Source: a virus
DNA: 64,000 bases
Strand: one strand, 5' to 3'
Virus record (IMG/VR): IMGVR_UViG_3300032311_001250
Span: 1 to 64,000 of that record
Part shown: piece after piece, positions 47,953-56,089 of the stretch
Layout: each line of letters opens with the position of its first letter
Numbering within the stretch: the first letter of the stretch is position 1
Translations under genes and position numbers: made by a program
Notes under the pieces: model-generated
Told to the model about the DNA's origin: nothing
Seen by the model: the letters and a program-made list of their open reading frames with translations, nothing else
Database searches by the model: none

Positions 47953-48620
47953 CCTTCGAGGTCGACGTTCTGAATCTTTCCGAGATCTGAGAAGAGCCTC
48001 TCCGTCAGATATTTGTGGTAGGCCTCGGAATCCTTCATGAAAACCTCTGGCGCATTCACCTCGATGTAGCCGGCGTCGCGCTCCGCCTTGCCGTTGATGA
48101 AGTGCATATGCTCAATGATGCAGTCGGCATCATAAAAGGCGTTGCCGAGCCCTTTGCCAATCGTCAGCCAGAAATTGTCCATGTACATGTGTACAAGCTC
48201 GGGCGGAGCCATATAGCCGATTGCGCGGACAATTGACGACGAGAGCAGCACCGCAGTTGGGAGGCGCTCGCCCTGCAAAAGATCGTTCCCCCAGGCCACG
48301 CCTGGGTTTGAACCAATGCCAAGCATCAACCTGGTATCCCACCCCTTGGTGCGCGGCCGGTGATCATCGCCCATAAACGAAAGGAACTCGTACTTGTCGG
48401 CATATTGATTTGCGATCAGGTTGAGCGTGCCGCACATGCGCAGACGTGGGTTGACTACCGACTTTGCTCGCACTTCAGCGGAATAGTCGCTGGTATCGTC
48501 ATCGTCCAGCCCAAAGATAATGTCGGAGTCTTCTGCTGTGCTGTTGAACTCATGCAAAAGCTCCAGGGCCTTTTCCGGCCGGTTTCTCGTAGGAACGATA
48601 AGCAGATTCTTTTTAGTCAT
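47949..48620 (-). CDS. GT2-like glycosyltransferase
   Basis: IVPTRNRP, FMGDD, HMYMD...IEHMH. Confidence 0.8.
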   Translation of the reverse strand: MTKKNLLIVPTRNRPEKALELLHEFNSTAEDSDIIFGLDDDDTSDYSAEVRAKSVVNPRLRMCGTLNLIANQYADKYEFLSFMGDDHRPRTKGWDTRLMLGIGSNPGVAWGNDLLQGERLPTAVLLSSSIVRAIGYMAPPELVHMYMDNFWLTIGKGLGNAFYDADCIIEHMHFINGKAERDAGYIEVNAPEVFMKDSEAYHKYLTERLFSDLGKIQNVDLEG

Positions 48621-48834
48621 GCTGAACCTTCACTTTCTGGTCAATCAACCATTGCGCTTCTCGCTCATCCAGGCGAACAAACTCGCCGGTGTCGTAGGTC
48701 TTGGGGAACTGCACCGCATACGGCTCAACGTCGCCTGGCCACCGTGGGGCATAGACAAGAGACACGGCAAAGGAGGATGACCATAGGTACCAAATTGCCG
48801 CAGCTCGAGGGCTAGGCGGTACGTTCATTTCCAT
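48613..48834 (-). CDS. Hypothetical protein (leaderless)
   Basis: TGGTATAGT extended -10 box 7 nt upstream of the ATG. Confidence 0.55.
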   Translation of the reverse strand: MEMNVPPSPRAAAIWYLWSSSFAVSLVYAPRWPGDVEPYAVQFPKTYDTGEFVRLDEREAQWLIDQKVKVQHD

Positions 48835-48938
48835 GGGTAGGACTATACCACACAGTTTGTAGATTTGTGTGAGATTGACCTTGCCGGTAACAATCTAATA
48901 CTTTAGTCATGCGTCACCTTCCGAACGTGGCGCGGCGC

Positions 48939-49052
48939 GCTGTGGCGTTACACCGCAGCTGAGGCGGGGGGTTAAGACCCGTCGGAGGGTTACGCCGGGT
49001 GGCCAAGGCACGTCGACGGACGAGCTGCCGGGCCAGCGGTGGCCCCCCGCCA
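48939..49052 (+). ncRNA. Candidate structured RNA or 5' leader (three-way junction)
   Basis: 11-bp closing stem GGCGGGGGGTT/GGCCCCCCGCC with two internal arms; downstream of TTGACC-N18-TACTTT. Confidence 0.45.
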
Positions 49053-49066
49053 ACATTGGAGGGAAC

Positions 49067-49258
49067 ATGGCACCTAAAGGAAAAACTGCGGTTAGCAAGG
49101 AGAAAAAGGCTCCGGTTATGACTGCGCGAAAGTGCACTGCATGCGGCCAAACGATGCGTTCTGATCAAATTTCTACTGTGCTGACGGTTTCCATTGCCGA
49201 CAGTGGCGCGGCAGCAAAGCGATTTTCTCACCGCCACAAGACTTGCCCGGTGAAATGA
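49067..49258 (+). CDS. Small basic Zn-finger-like protein
   Basis: GGAGG RBS; CTAC...HKTC. Confidence 0.6.
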   Translation: MAPKGKTAVSKEKKAPVMTARKCTACGQTMRSDQISTVLTVSIADSGAAAKRFSHRHKTCPVK

Positions 49259-49414
49259 TGGGCGATTATCCTCTGGAGTTTTTGGACTGGGAACAGCCAC
49301 AAGGCTGTACAGAGGAGTGTTCGTTTAGCCTTGTCGAAACTGTATGCACCAGTTGCTCTACCTTGTTCATGATCTGTGAAATCCATGAATCTAGCGTAGA
49401 GGAGTGCTCGGACT

Positions 49415-49861
49415 GTGCCTAATGTCAAACATCAAAGGAACCAGGAAATCGGCGAGCTGTTTCTCGATGGCTACACGGCAAACGAAATCGGCCGGATGTT
49501 CGGTATCAGCAAGCAGCGCGTCTCGTTCATCCTGCACAACCTGGGTATCCGGGCTGAAGAGGAGTTCACAACTGTCATCCTTCCTGAGCCATACGTGGTT
49601 GTCCTTGACTTTGGCGACCCGGCGTCTCACACGCTCCAGGGCCTGATTGAGCTGGGCTTTATTCCAAAGCCTGACGAAGTAGTTGCGTGCACAAAAGAAA
49701 CTGCGCACAACACCCTGAGGTCATTTTCAAAGCTTGAACACGTTCTGGCGTACGTGCCGGTTGTTGAGGACGAAAATCTCCCCGGACGAGAGATCAGGTC
49801 AAACTGGCTGGTATATGCCTACCCGCTAAAAGAGGCTAGGCTTTCTTCTTTGCAGATTTAG
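49415..49861 (+). CDS. HTH DNA-binding protein
   Basis: GYTANEIGRMFGISKQRVSFIL helix-turn-helix. Confidence 0.7.
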   Translation: MPNVKHQRNQEIGELFLDGYTANEIGRMFGISKQRVSFILHNLGIRAEEEFTTVILPEPYVVVLDFGDPASHTLQGLIELGFIPKPDEVVACTKETAHNTLRSFSKLEHVLAYVPVVEDENLPGREIRSNWLVYAYPLKEARLSSLQI

Positions 49862-50600
49862 ACGCCTTGTTGGCGACACTGGCATTGAAGACGAAATTTA
49901 CAAATCCGGTGTGCAGGGTTGCTGCGTCAACTTTCATGCGCAGTGGAACGCCACATGCTCGTGCCAGCTGGCAGAACGATACATCTTCACCGGAGTATCC
50001 GTTTTCCTGGTCGTCCCACTCGTACTTAAAGAACTCGGTGACCTTCCTGCCGGCTGTGCAGTAGTACTTTCGCACATCGGTCTTGTTAATGGTGTCAAGT
50101 GCCCCACGGGATACCAGCATCATGCCGGTGCCAATCCAGTCAACCTTCACCAGGCCGTTGTCATCCGGTCGGACAATATCGCTTGTGATTGAAAAGTTTG
50201 CATCTCCAAGAAGCGCCACGATAGATTCTGCCGGAGCGTCTGGATAGTCGCGCATGAACTGAACGGCACGATCCCACTTCGGAAACTTTTTTGAGCAGGG
50301 GAAGCCAATAATTCCGTCGCCAAGCTGTGGAAGTGCGTTCACTACATCCTCTGGTCGGAACGAGATGTCAGAGTCAACCAGCAAAGCCACATCGGCATCA
50401 CTTTTGAGGAAGTCGTCCATAAGCTGGTTCCTGGCGTTAAACAAGATTGAGTTGCCGGTCATAAAAGTGCTTCGAAGATGGACGCGCTGCATGTACAACG
50501 CATTCTTGAGCGCCATTAGTGACTGAACAAACTCAACGCTGACCTTTCCGTCAAGCGAAGGTGTCAGCAGCATAACTGCCGGATGTTTGACGCCCGACAT
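49836..50600 (-). CDS. GT-A fold glycosyltransferase-like protein
   Basis: TP...GNS...ARN...VDSDI...GTGMM...GEDVSFC. Confidence 0.75.
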   Translation of the reverse strand: MSGVKHPAVMLLTPSLDGKVSVEFVQSLMALKNALYMQRVHLRSTFMTGNSILFNARNQLMDDFLKSDADVALLVDSDISFRPEDVVNALPQLGDGIIGFPCSKKFPKWDRAVQFMRDYPDAPAESIVALLGDANFSITSDIVRPDDNGLVKVDWIGTGMMLVSRGALDTINKTDVRKYYCTAGRKVTEFFKYEWDDQENGYSGEDVSFCQLARACGVPLRMKVDAATLHTGFVNFVFNASVANKASKSAKKKA

Positions 50601-50806
50601 TAGTTGACCTTCTTTCCAAAGATCGGTGCCTTTTCTACGTCAATCTTTTCCTGCTCTTGCTTTAGGACTGACAGCAGTTGCGCAAAGTCATTCATGCCAT
50701 TCTGCCAACCCTCGTGCTTGGCATCCGAAATTTTTCCGGACATCAATGATCCGCCAACTCCAACGCCAAGAAGCAACCCAATTGCAAACGCGATGATGAT
50801 TTCCAT
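50600..50806 (-). CDS. Small membrane protein
   Basis: N-terminal TM helix; GGAGGAG RBS. Confidence 0.6.
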   Translation of the reverse strand: MEIIIAFAIGLLLGVGVGGSLMSGKISDAKHEGWQNGMNDFAQLLSVLKQEQEKIDVEKAPIFGKKVN

Positions 50807-51621
50807 TACTCCTCCGATGCAAGCGCTTTGAGCGCAGCAAGATCATACCGCAAGTTCACTTGCCCTGCGTGTGTTGAGCGACCATCGACCTTGACGTGGA
50901 TCTTTCCGCCCATAGCGCGGATGTCGTCGCAGAACGTGTAGTCCTCTCCGATGAAATGATTGTCCCGACGGCCGTATCGGAAATACTCAACGGTTCGATG
51001 CGTCACGCCGCGAACATCCTCCATGTACCAGCGGTCCGGATAGGCCTTCTGATATTTCTCGAATGTTCGCCGAGCAATAATCATGGCGCCGGTTCCAGCG
51101 TGCGTTGCCTCCATGATACCGAACTCCTCGTCTTCTTTGCTGGGGGCCGGAGCATTTTTGTCCAGAATAAAGTTTGGCATGCCAATGACCGACTCGATTG
51201 CATGCGCCGGAACCTCCGGGTGTTTGCGCATCATCCCGACGCTTCGATCCCAGTCGATAGCTCGCTTCAAGCATGGAATGGCAACCACATCCTTGTTGGC
51301 AACCAGGGCCACCATTACGTCCTCCCAACGCACCGAAATATCAGCGTCCAGAAACAGCATGTGCGTCGCCTTAGTGCTGGTCATGAACTGGGCTACGCAG
51401 CGGTTCCTGGCCGCCACTAACATTGAGTTTCCCACCACAAACGACCAGGAAAACGGGATGCCAACCGACAGGCAGGCCTGCTGAATCCCCAAAAGTGAGT
51501 GCACGTATCCATGATTTACGTTGCCGTCAATGATGGGCGTGATCGCAAAAAGGGAGATCGGCGACTCTTGGGGGGCAAGCTTCACCTGGGGTTGCTGCTG
51601 ACGGAACTTCTTCTTGGCCAT
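50806..51621 (-). CDS. GT-A fold glycosyltransferase-like protein (paralog of 49836..50600)
   Basis: TP...GNS...ARN...LDADI...GTGAM...GEDYTFC; TTGGCA-N17-TATGAT-N6-ATG leaderless start. Confidence 0.75.
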   Translation of the reverse strand: MAKKKFRQQQPQVKLAPQESPISLFAITPIIDGNVNHGYVHSLLGIQQACLSVGIPFSWSFVVGNSMLVAARNRCVAQFMTSTKATHMLFLDADISVRWEDVMVALVANKDVVAIPCLKRAIDWDRSVGMMRKHPEVPAHAIESVIGMPNFILDKNAPAPSKEDEEFGIMEATHAGTGAMIIARRTFEKYQKAYPDRWYMEDVRGVTHRTVEYFRYGRRDNHFIGEDYTFCDDIRAMGGKIHVKVDGRSTHAGQVNLRYDLAALKALASEE

Positions 51622-51665
51622 GCCGGGATCATACACGAAAATTTTCGGCGTGCCAACCCGATTTT

Positions 51666-51926
51666 GGGGGAAGGGGGGGAGAACCTTTAAGGAGAGGGGG
51701 GGATGGGGGGAATCAGGGCTCCGGGCGGCGAGGGTTCCGGGGTATGAGTATGTTGTTAATACTTCTGTTTAGAAAATTGGGGCGATTTCGTGCTTAAAAT
51801 TGGGGCGCTGCGCAGAAACACAAAGCAGTTGGCACTCCAGATTTTGGTGTGCTAGGATGCGCAGTCCAGACCTGGGGGGGGATGGATGGGGATGACGGGC
51901 GACGGGGGCAGGGTATACGGGGTAGG
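51666..51926 (+). other. G-run-rich intergenic region (G-quadruplex potential)
   Basis: Two clusters of four or more G3-G8 runs at about 51666-51742 and 51874-51926. Confidence 0.4.
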
Positions 51927-51932
51927 AGTTTG

Positions 51933-52289
51933 ATGGACTCAAAAGAGCTGAAACTGGTGAGCCAAAAGGCCGAGTGTCTCCACTCATCGGCACTCATCCA
52001 AACACCAGACGGGTTGAAGTCGTATGGTCTTCCGGTTGACACCGATGATTGCATGCAATGCGCATGGCGAGATTTTGAGCAGTCGGTCGGCAAGCGGGTT
52101 GAGCTCCCTTCGATGCAGATCTTCTGGTGGAATTACAGCGACGACAAGGAACCACATTGGGTTGCCGAAATCATGCCGCTCGACTTGCTCCCGGATGTTG
52201 CGTCAATTGTTGGACGCGGGGAAACGCCCGGTAAAGCCATCCGAGATATGTCTCGTCAGCTCAGGACTTTTTTGAGTCAGCACCAATAA
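51933..52289 (+). CDS. HicB-like domain protein
   Basis: GTAGGAG RBS; C-terminal WVAEIMPLDLLPDVASIVGRGETPGKAIRDMSRQL resembles the HicB antitoxin N-domain pattern (LP...GET..EA). Confidence 0.55.
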   Translation: MDSKELKLVSQKAECLHSSALIQTPDGLKSYGLPVDTDDCMQCAWRDFEQSVGKRVELPSMQIFWWNYSDDKEPHWVAEIMPLDLLPDVASIVGRGETPGKAIRDMSRQLRTFLSQHQ

Positions 52290-52482
52290 CGACGTGCGTC
52301 TCCTGAGGAATCTTCTCCTGGAATGCCCAGCCTGATCCTTTGTAGGTAATCTTTGGTGCGTTGAAGACAACGCGCATCTCGCCGTTGCATACCAGGCACA
52401 ACTCCTTCGAGTCGTCGCTCATCTTGCGAACGGTCTCACGAACGATGTCGCATTTTTCACACTTGTAGTCGTACGTTGGCAT
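52261..52482 (-). CDS. FmdB-like zinc-ribbon protein
   Basis: MPTYDYKCEKC...CLVC...MRVV...ITYKGSGW. Confidence 0.88.
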   Translation of the reverse strand: MPTYDYKCEKCDIVRETVRKMSDDSKELCLVCNGEMRVVFNAPKITYKGSGWAFQEKIPQETHVVIGADSKKS

Positions 52483-52492
52483 GATTCTCCTT

Positions 52493-52564
52493 TGGTGGAG
52501 CCGGGCGGGAGTTTCACCCGCCGTTACCCTTGGGCATGATGACCCTTGGCGTGTACGCGGCCCC
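52493..52564 (-). ncRNA. 72-nt tRNA-like RNA with an Ala-type acceptor stem and ACCA end
   Basis: GGGGCCG/CGGCTCC-ACCA (G3.U70, A73); T-arm GGCGGG-TGAAACT-CCCGCC; no canonical D or anticodon arm; TGATATAGT 5 nt upstream. Confidence 0.7.
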
Positions 52565-52580
52565 GGCAGACTATATCAGA

Positions 52581-52940
52581 TTATAGGCCGAGAGTTACCT
52601 CTCCGGGTACTGCGTTATCCCTTCGCGCCTGGTCTTCCTGGACCTTCCATCGCTTGGCAATCTTTCGAACCGCCCACGACGAGCGGAGAAGGCTCCTAGC
52701 GCGTTCTCGCTGCATGTTGGCCCACGATTCCAGCTCTTCTGAGCTTGTGGCGATATACACGCCGGCAGGGCTGTCAGAGGCAGAGCAGATCGGCTGCTCC
52801 CAGACGTTTCGGAGCTCTTCGACGGCAAGCTGAATTGCCCTGCTATTCCATCGGGTAGTCTTGGCCAGCTCTTTGTAGGTAATAGCGTTTTCTCGACCAA
52901 CACGAATCTGCGAAAGTAAATAAATTAACTCTGGACCCAT
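52581..52940 (-). CDS. Winged-HTH protein
   Basis: GRENAITYKELA...RAIQLAVEELR...PICS...GVYIA. Confidence 0.7.
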   Translation of the reverse strand: MGPELIYLLSQIRVGRENAITYKELAKTTRWNSRAIQLAVEELRNVWEQPICSASDSPAGVYIATSSEELESWANMQRERARSLLRSSWAVRKIAKRWKVQEDQARRDNAVPGEVTLGL

Positions 52941-52948
52941 AATTCCTC

Positions 52949-53710
52949 CTACGGCAAAAACCGCACTTCAATAGTATTCTTCCAGCCCTTAACATTCTGA
53001 CCATTACGGCCGTTTTTATAGGCCCCCAGGGCTGCCCATACCTGTGGTGACAAGTCTACCAGAGACCAGGCAGAGGCCGGTCCATCCGGGTGGCGCTGAC
53101 GGCAGTCGCAGTAGTCAACGACCCACACCTCAACCGATTTATGAGTGACGAGTGAGGTGATTAGCAACTTGTGGGTTGGGATTTGATGCCAAAGAGGCAT
53201 CTGTTCGGCAATCCTCTTGCGAAGGGCCGGGCCAATGGCGGCGTACATGTTGTCAACGTACTCAAGGCCATTCCACGGCCGGACCAGCTTGCTCCAACTG
53301 CCCATGTCGCGGTAGTAGCAGCCCCACTCGGGATGACTCTTGCACTTACTCTTGCTGAGGTACTTGTTTTCCGGGTCAACTGATACCCACGTCTTCGGGT
53401 GGTCATACCACGACTTGGCGTGGTTATAAGCGTCGTAGGTTGTGCCAAAGCCAATCATTTTGTGAGCAGGGGCCCAATAGGCGCGGTCAAACGTCACGTC
53501 AACATTGGGGGTTTTTGGGTAATCATAGGACTGGATACCCGGAGCAGTAGCCGTCTCTACGCAAGGCGCGGGGGCGACGAGGAGTGCTCCCGCTACGGCC
53601 AGCGCAACGAGCACTGTCCACAATCGTCGGTGAGCTCTGCGTGCCGGTAGCTTCATGCGAGCCTCCTCCGGGTACGGTAGCAGCGCGCTAGACACGTGTC
53701 CACTAGACAT
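52949..53710 (-). CDS. Exported RlpA-like double-psi beta-barrel protein (lytic transglycosylase/expansin-like)
   Basis: Signal-like hydrophobic segment; GFGTTY, YAAI, SVEVWVVDYC, LVDLSPQVWAALG. Confidence 0.7.
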   Translation of the reverse strand: MSSGHVSSALLPYPEEARMKLPARRAHRRLWTVLVALAVAGALLVAPAPCVETATAPGIQSYDYPKTPNVDVTFDRAYWAPAHKMIGFGTTYDAYNHAKSWYDHPKTWVSVDPENKYLSKSKCKSHPEWGCYYRDMGSWSKLVRPWNGLEYVDNMYAAIGPALRKRIAEQMPLWHQIPTHKLLITSLVTHKSVEVWVVDYCDCRQRHPDGPASAWSLVDLSPQVWAALGAYKNGRNGQNVKGWKNTIEVRFLP

Positions 53711-53819
53711 TTAACTACCTCCTCGCCAGCATTGCCGGCGCTTGTTTCCAAGACGAGTATACGCTATCCTCACTAGTGAGGCCATTGCCTACCACGAGCA
53801 TATCATATCAGGGGGAACC

Positions 53820-54278
53820 ATGCCAGAAATCAGCACAGAAAATATCGACGATCTGATCCTTCACCCGGATAATCCTCGTGAGGGGGATATTGGTGCGATT
53901 GTTACAAGCATCAAGAAGAACGGGTGGTTTGGCACGGTCGTAGCTCAGAAATCAACCGGCTATATTCTTGCAGGGAACCATCGCGTGCAGGCCGCTCGAA
54001 TCTGCGGCATCAAAGAGGTCCCGGTATTCTGGGTGGACTGCGACGATGAGCGTGCAAAGGCAATCCTTCTTGCGGATAACAAGACAGCGGAGCTGGCAAG
54101 CTGGAACGATGATACCTTGCTTGCGCTACTTCAGGAGGCAGATGCCGGGAACTACCTTCTCGACACAGCATTCGATCAGGACGATATTCAGAAGCTTCTA
54201 GCCAAGCTTAATAGCGCAGATGGCGACGACGGGGACGTGTGCCCAACATGCGGCTCGAAGCGAAAGAAGGGCCGATGA
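53820..54278 (+). CDS. ParB/Srx-like domain protein
   Basis: LILHPDNPR...SIKKNGW...ILAGNHRVQAA...LADNKTAELASW. Confidence 0.88.
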   Translation: MPEISTENIDDLILHPDNPREGDIGAIVTSIKKNGWFGTVVAQKSTGYILAGNHRVQAARICGIKEVPVFWVDCDDERAKAILLADNKTAELASWNDDTLLALLQEADAGNYLLDTAFDQDDIQKLLAKLNSADGDDGDVCPTCGSKRKKGR

Positions 54279-54279
54279 G

Positions 54280-54717
54280 GTGGCATGGTATGAGGATCTT
54301 CCATTCGAGCTGGTCATTCCTGTCCAGATGCCTAAGCGTGACCTTACCCGCTGGCGCAAATCGCTGACGGTTGTTGCGGCAATTGCAGAATCGCGGAAGA
54401 TTGACCTGACGGTTGTCCGGCTGCACTACCACAACCCACCGAAGAGCCGATCAAGCTATGGCGATCATCATCCCATGGGTGAGGCAGAGACGGATTTTGG
54501 CGAAATTACCCTTTGCGCCAACGATGTAGATACTGCGGTGCACGAGCTTGCGCACATCATCACTAAGGAAAACCACACAAGAAAGTGGGCGGAGACATAT
54601 ATCAAGCTTGCAACGGAGTATATGCCGATTGGCGTTGCAAAGCGCGCGCTTCGGCACGCATCAAAATTTTATAAGACGGTGCAGAAGCAGTCAATCAGCC
54701 TTGGGTTGATCGACTGA
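54280..54717 (+). CDS. Zincin-like (HExxH) metallopeptidase
   Basis: AVHELAHII...NHTRKW. Confidence 0.7.
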   Translation: MAWYEDLPFELVIPVQMPKRDLTRWRKSLTVVAAIAESRKIDLTVVRLHYHNPPKSRSSYGDHHPMGEAETDFGEITLCANDVDTAVHELAHIITKENHTRKWAETYIKLATEYMPIGVAKRALRHASKFYKTVQKQSISLGLID

Positions 54718-54912
54718 CGAGTTGCCCCAGTCCCCATACCGCCTCTTACGGTCTTTCTTAGGCGGACTTGGTTGATCAACAACGGCGCCAATGCATTCGT
54801 GGCAGATGTACTTCTGCCGGCCAGGTTCGTCCGGCCCATACTCCCAAATGCGGCCAATGCGACCACAGTGGTTGCAAACGCCAAGCGGCCTGATCGGGCG
54901 GCCGTACTTCAC
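54691..54912 (-). CDS. Small Cys4 Zn-finger protein
   Basis: CNHC...CHEC; start position uncertain. Confidence 0.45.
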   Translation of the reverse strand: MKYGRPIRPLGVCNHCGRIGRIWEYGPDEPGRQKYICHECIGAVVDQPSPPKKDRKRRYGDWGNSSVDQPKAD

Positions 54913-54913
54913 G

Positions 54914-55369
54914 CTAGGCAGGATCGTCCTCCGTATGGCCTTCCCACAGTACGTCCCATCGCCACATATTGTGACCAATGCGATAGAGGCCGCAGCAGCT
55001 GCTTGCGTCCACTCGGACGACAGCAGTCTCCGGGTTTTTGTCACTTGGGTCGATGAGGTAGACCGCAGGGAGAAGTACATCAAACGAGATAATTGGCGAG
55101 TTTGGCCAGGCGCTCTTCAGTCGTCCATCCAGGAAAAGCTTGAGCCGTTCTACCTCGGAAATTGGAAAGGCCGGATTGACGTATTCCTCCTTGCCGAGCT
55201 CGTCAACGATGTGCCGTCCAATCATAGGAATCCAGTCGCCATCCGGGATGGTGAAAAGCGCCTCTTCGCTGCGCTCCGGGTCACACAGACCACAACGCAA
55301 AAAATCCATTCCCTGCTCAGTAACACGCCTCTCCTGCTCGTCTACGTAAAATGTGGTGATGCTAGACAT
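54914..55369 (-). CDS. Hypothetical protein
   Basis: AGGAGG RBS before MSSITT. Confidence 0.6.
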   Translation of the reverse strand: MSSITTFYVDEQERRVTEQGMDFLRCGLCDPERSEEALFTIPDGDWIPMIGRHIVDELGKEEYVNPAFPISEVERLKLFLDGRLKSAWPNSPIISFDVLLPAVYLIDPSDKNPETAVVRVDASSCCGLYRIGHNMWRWDVLWEGHTEDDPA

Positions 55370-55670
55370 GGGTACCTCCTGTCTTATCCGTGCCGTTATC
55401 AAGGCCGGCAATATACGCCCAAACTAGGTTATAAAACTCCCGCTTGCTTTTAGCCGAGAGCTTCAGAACCGTACGATGACCGCCACGGTCGTTGACGGTC
55501 TGGACAAGCTGCAGGCCGCTACCGTTGTTCCATGTGTGGTAGTAGCCGACCTGCGAAACTTGCTTTCCGTCAATAGTGCTCCACAACTTGGACCCAGGCT
55601 CAAACCCACAGCGCCGATTTAGCGCGTCGACCCCGTCCTGGATGTCCTTCTTTGTGTAGGTGTAGCTCAC
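55362..55670 (-). CDS. Hypothetical phage protein
   Basis: Tightly packed operon; plausible composition. Confidence 0.6.
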   Translation of the reverse strand: MSYTYTKKDIQDGVDALNRRCGFEPGSKLWSTIDGKQVSQVGYYHTWNNGSGLQLVQTVNDRGGHRTVLKLSAKSKREFYNLVWAYIAGLDNGTDKTGGTHV

Positions 55671-55876
55671 TTCTTCTTCCCGGTCTTTGCGTAGCGAGTC
55701 GCAGCGTTGCTGCGAAGATGCCGGCGATACTCGGTAATGCCGGTGACCAAGATGGCGAGGAACGCGATCCCAAAGAAAATTGTACCCATGATTACTCCTT
55801 CTACAATACGCCGACCGCGCTGGCCAGCAACCAGATTAACCCACCGACCAATGCGGTGATAATCAGATCATACACC

Positions 55877-56089
55877 CTACCAGTCCTCATCGCACCCTCC
55901 GGCGCACCAGTCGCTGCCGCACCCGGGGCAAAGACCCTGCTCTTGGGCGGATTGCTGCAGCTCATACACATTAGATTTAACCTCGTCAAGGAACCCGTTG
56001 CAGCATTCGCAAGCAGAATATTGCGTCGCCTGGGCGCTGTCTTCGCAGTCAACGTGAATATGCCCGTCAATATGGCCGCTATGCGCCAT
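55877..56089 (-). CDS. Small Cys-rich acidic protein
   Basis: CECC, CPGC...C...C; overlaps the upstream stop. Confidence 0.5.
   Translation of the reverse strand: MAHSGHIDGHIHVDCEDSAQATQYSACECCNGFLDEVKSNVYELQQSAQEQGLCPGCGSDWCAGGCDEDW

Noticed and set aside
52493-52564. Canonical tRNA-Ala, tRNA-Sec/UGA suppressor, or full tmRNA
   Set aside because: No 5-bp/7-nt anticodon arm can be drawn around TGC or TCA, there is no D-stem and there is no tag reading frame. Kept only as a tRNA-like RNA.
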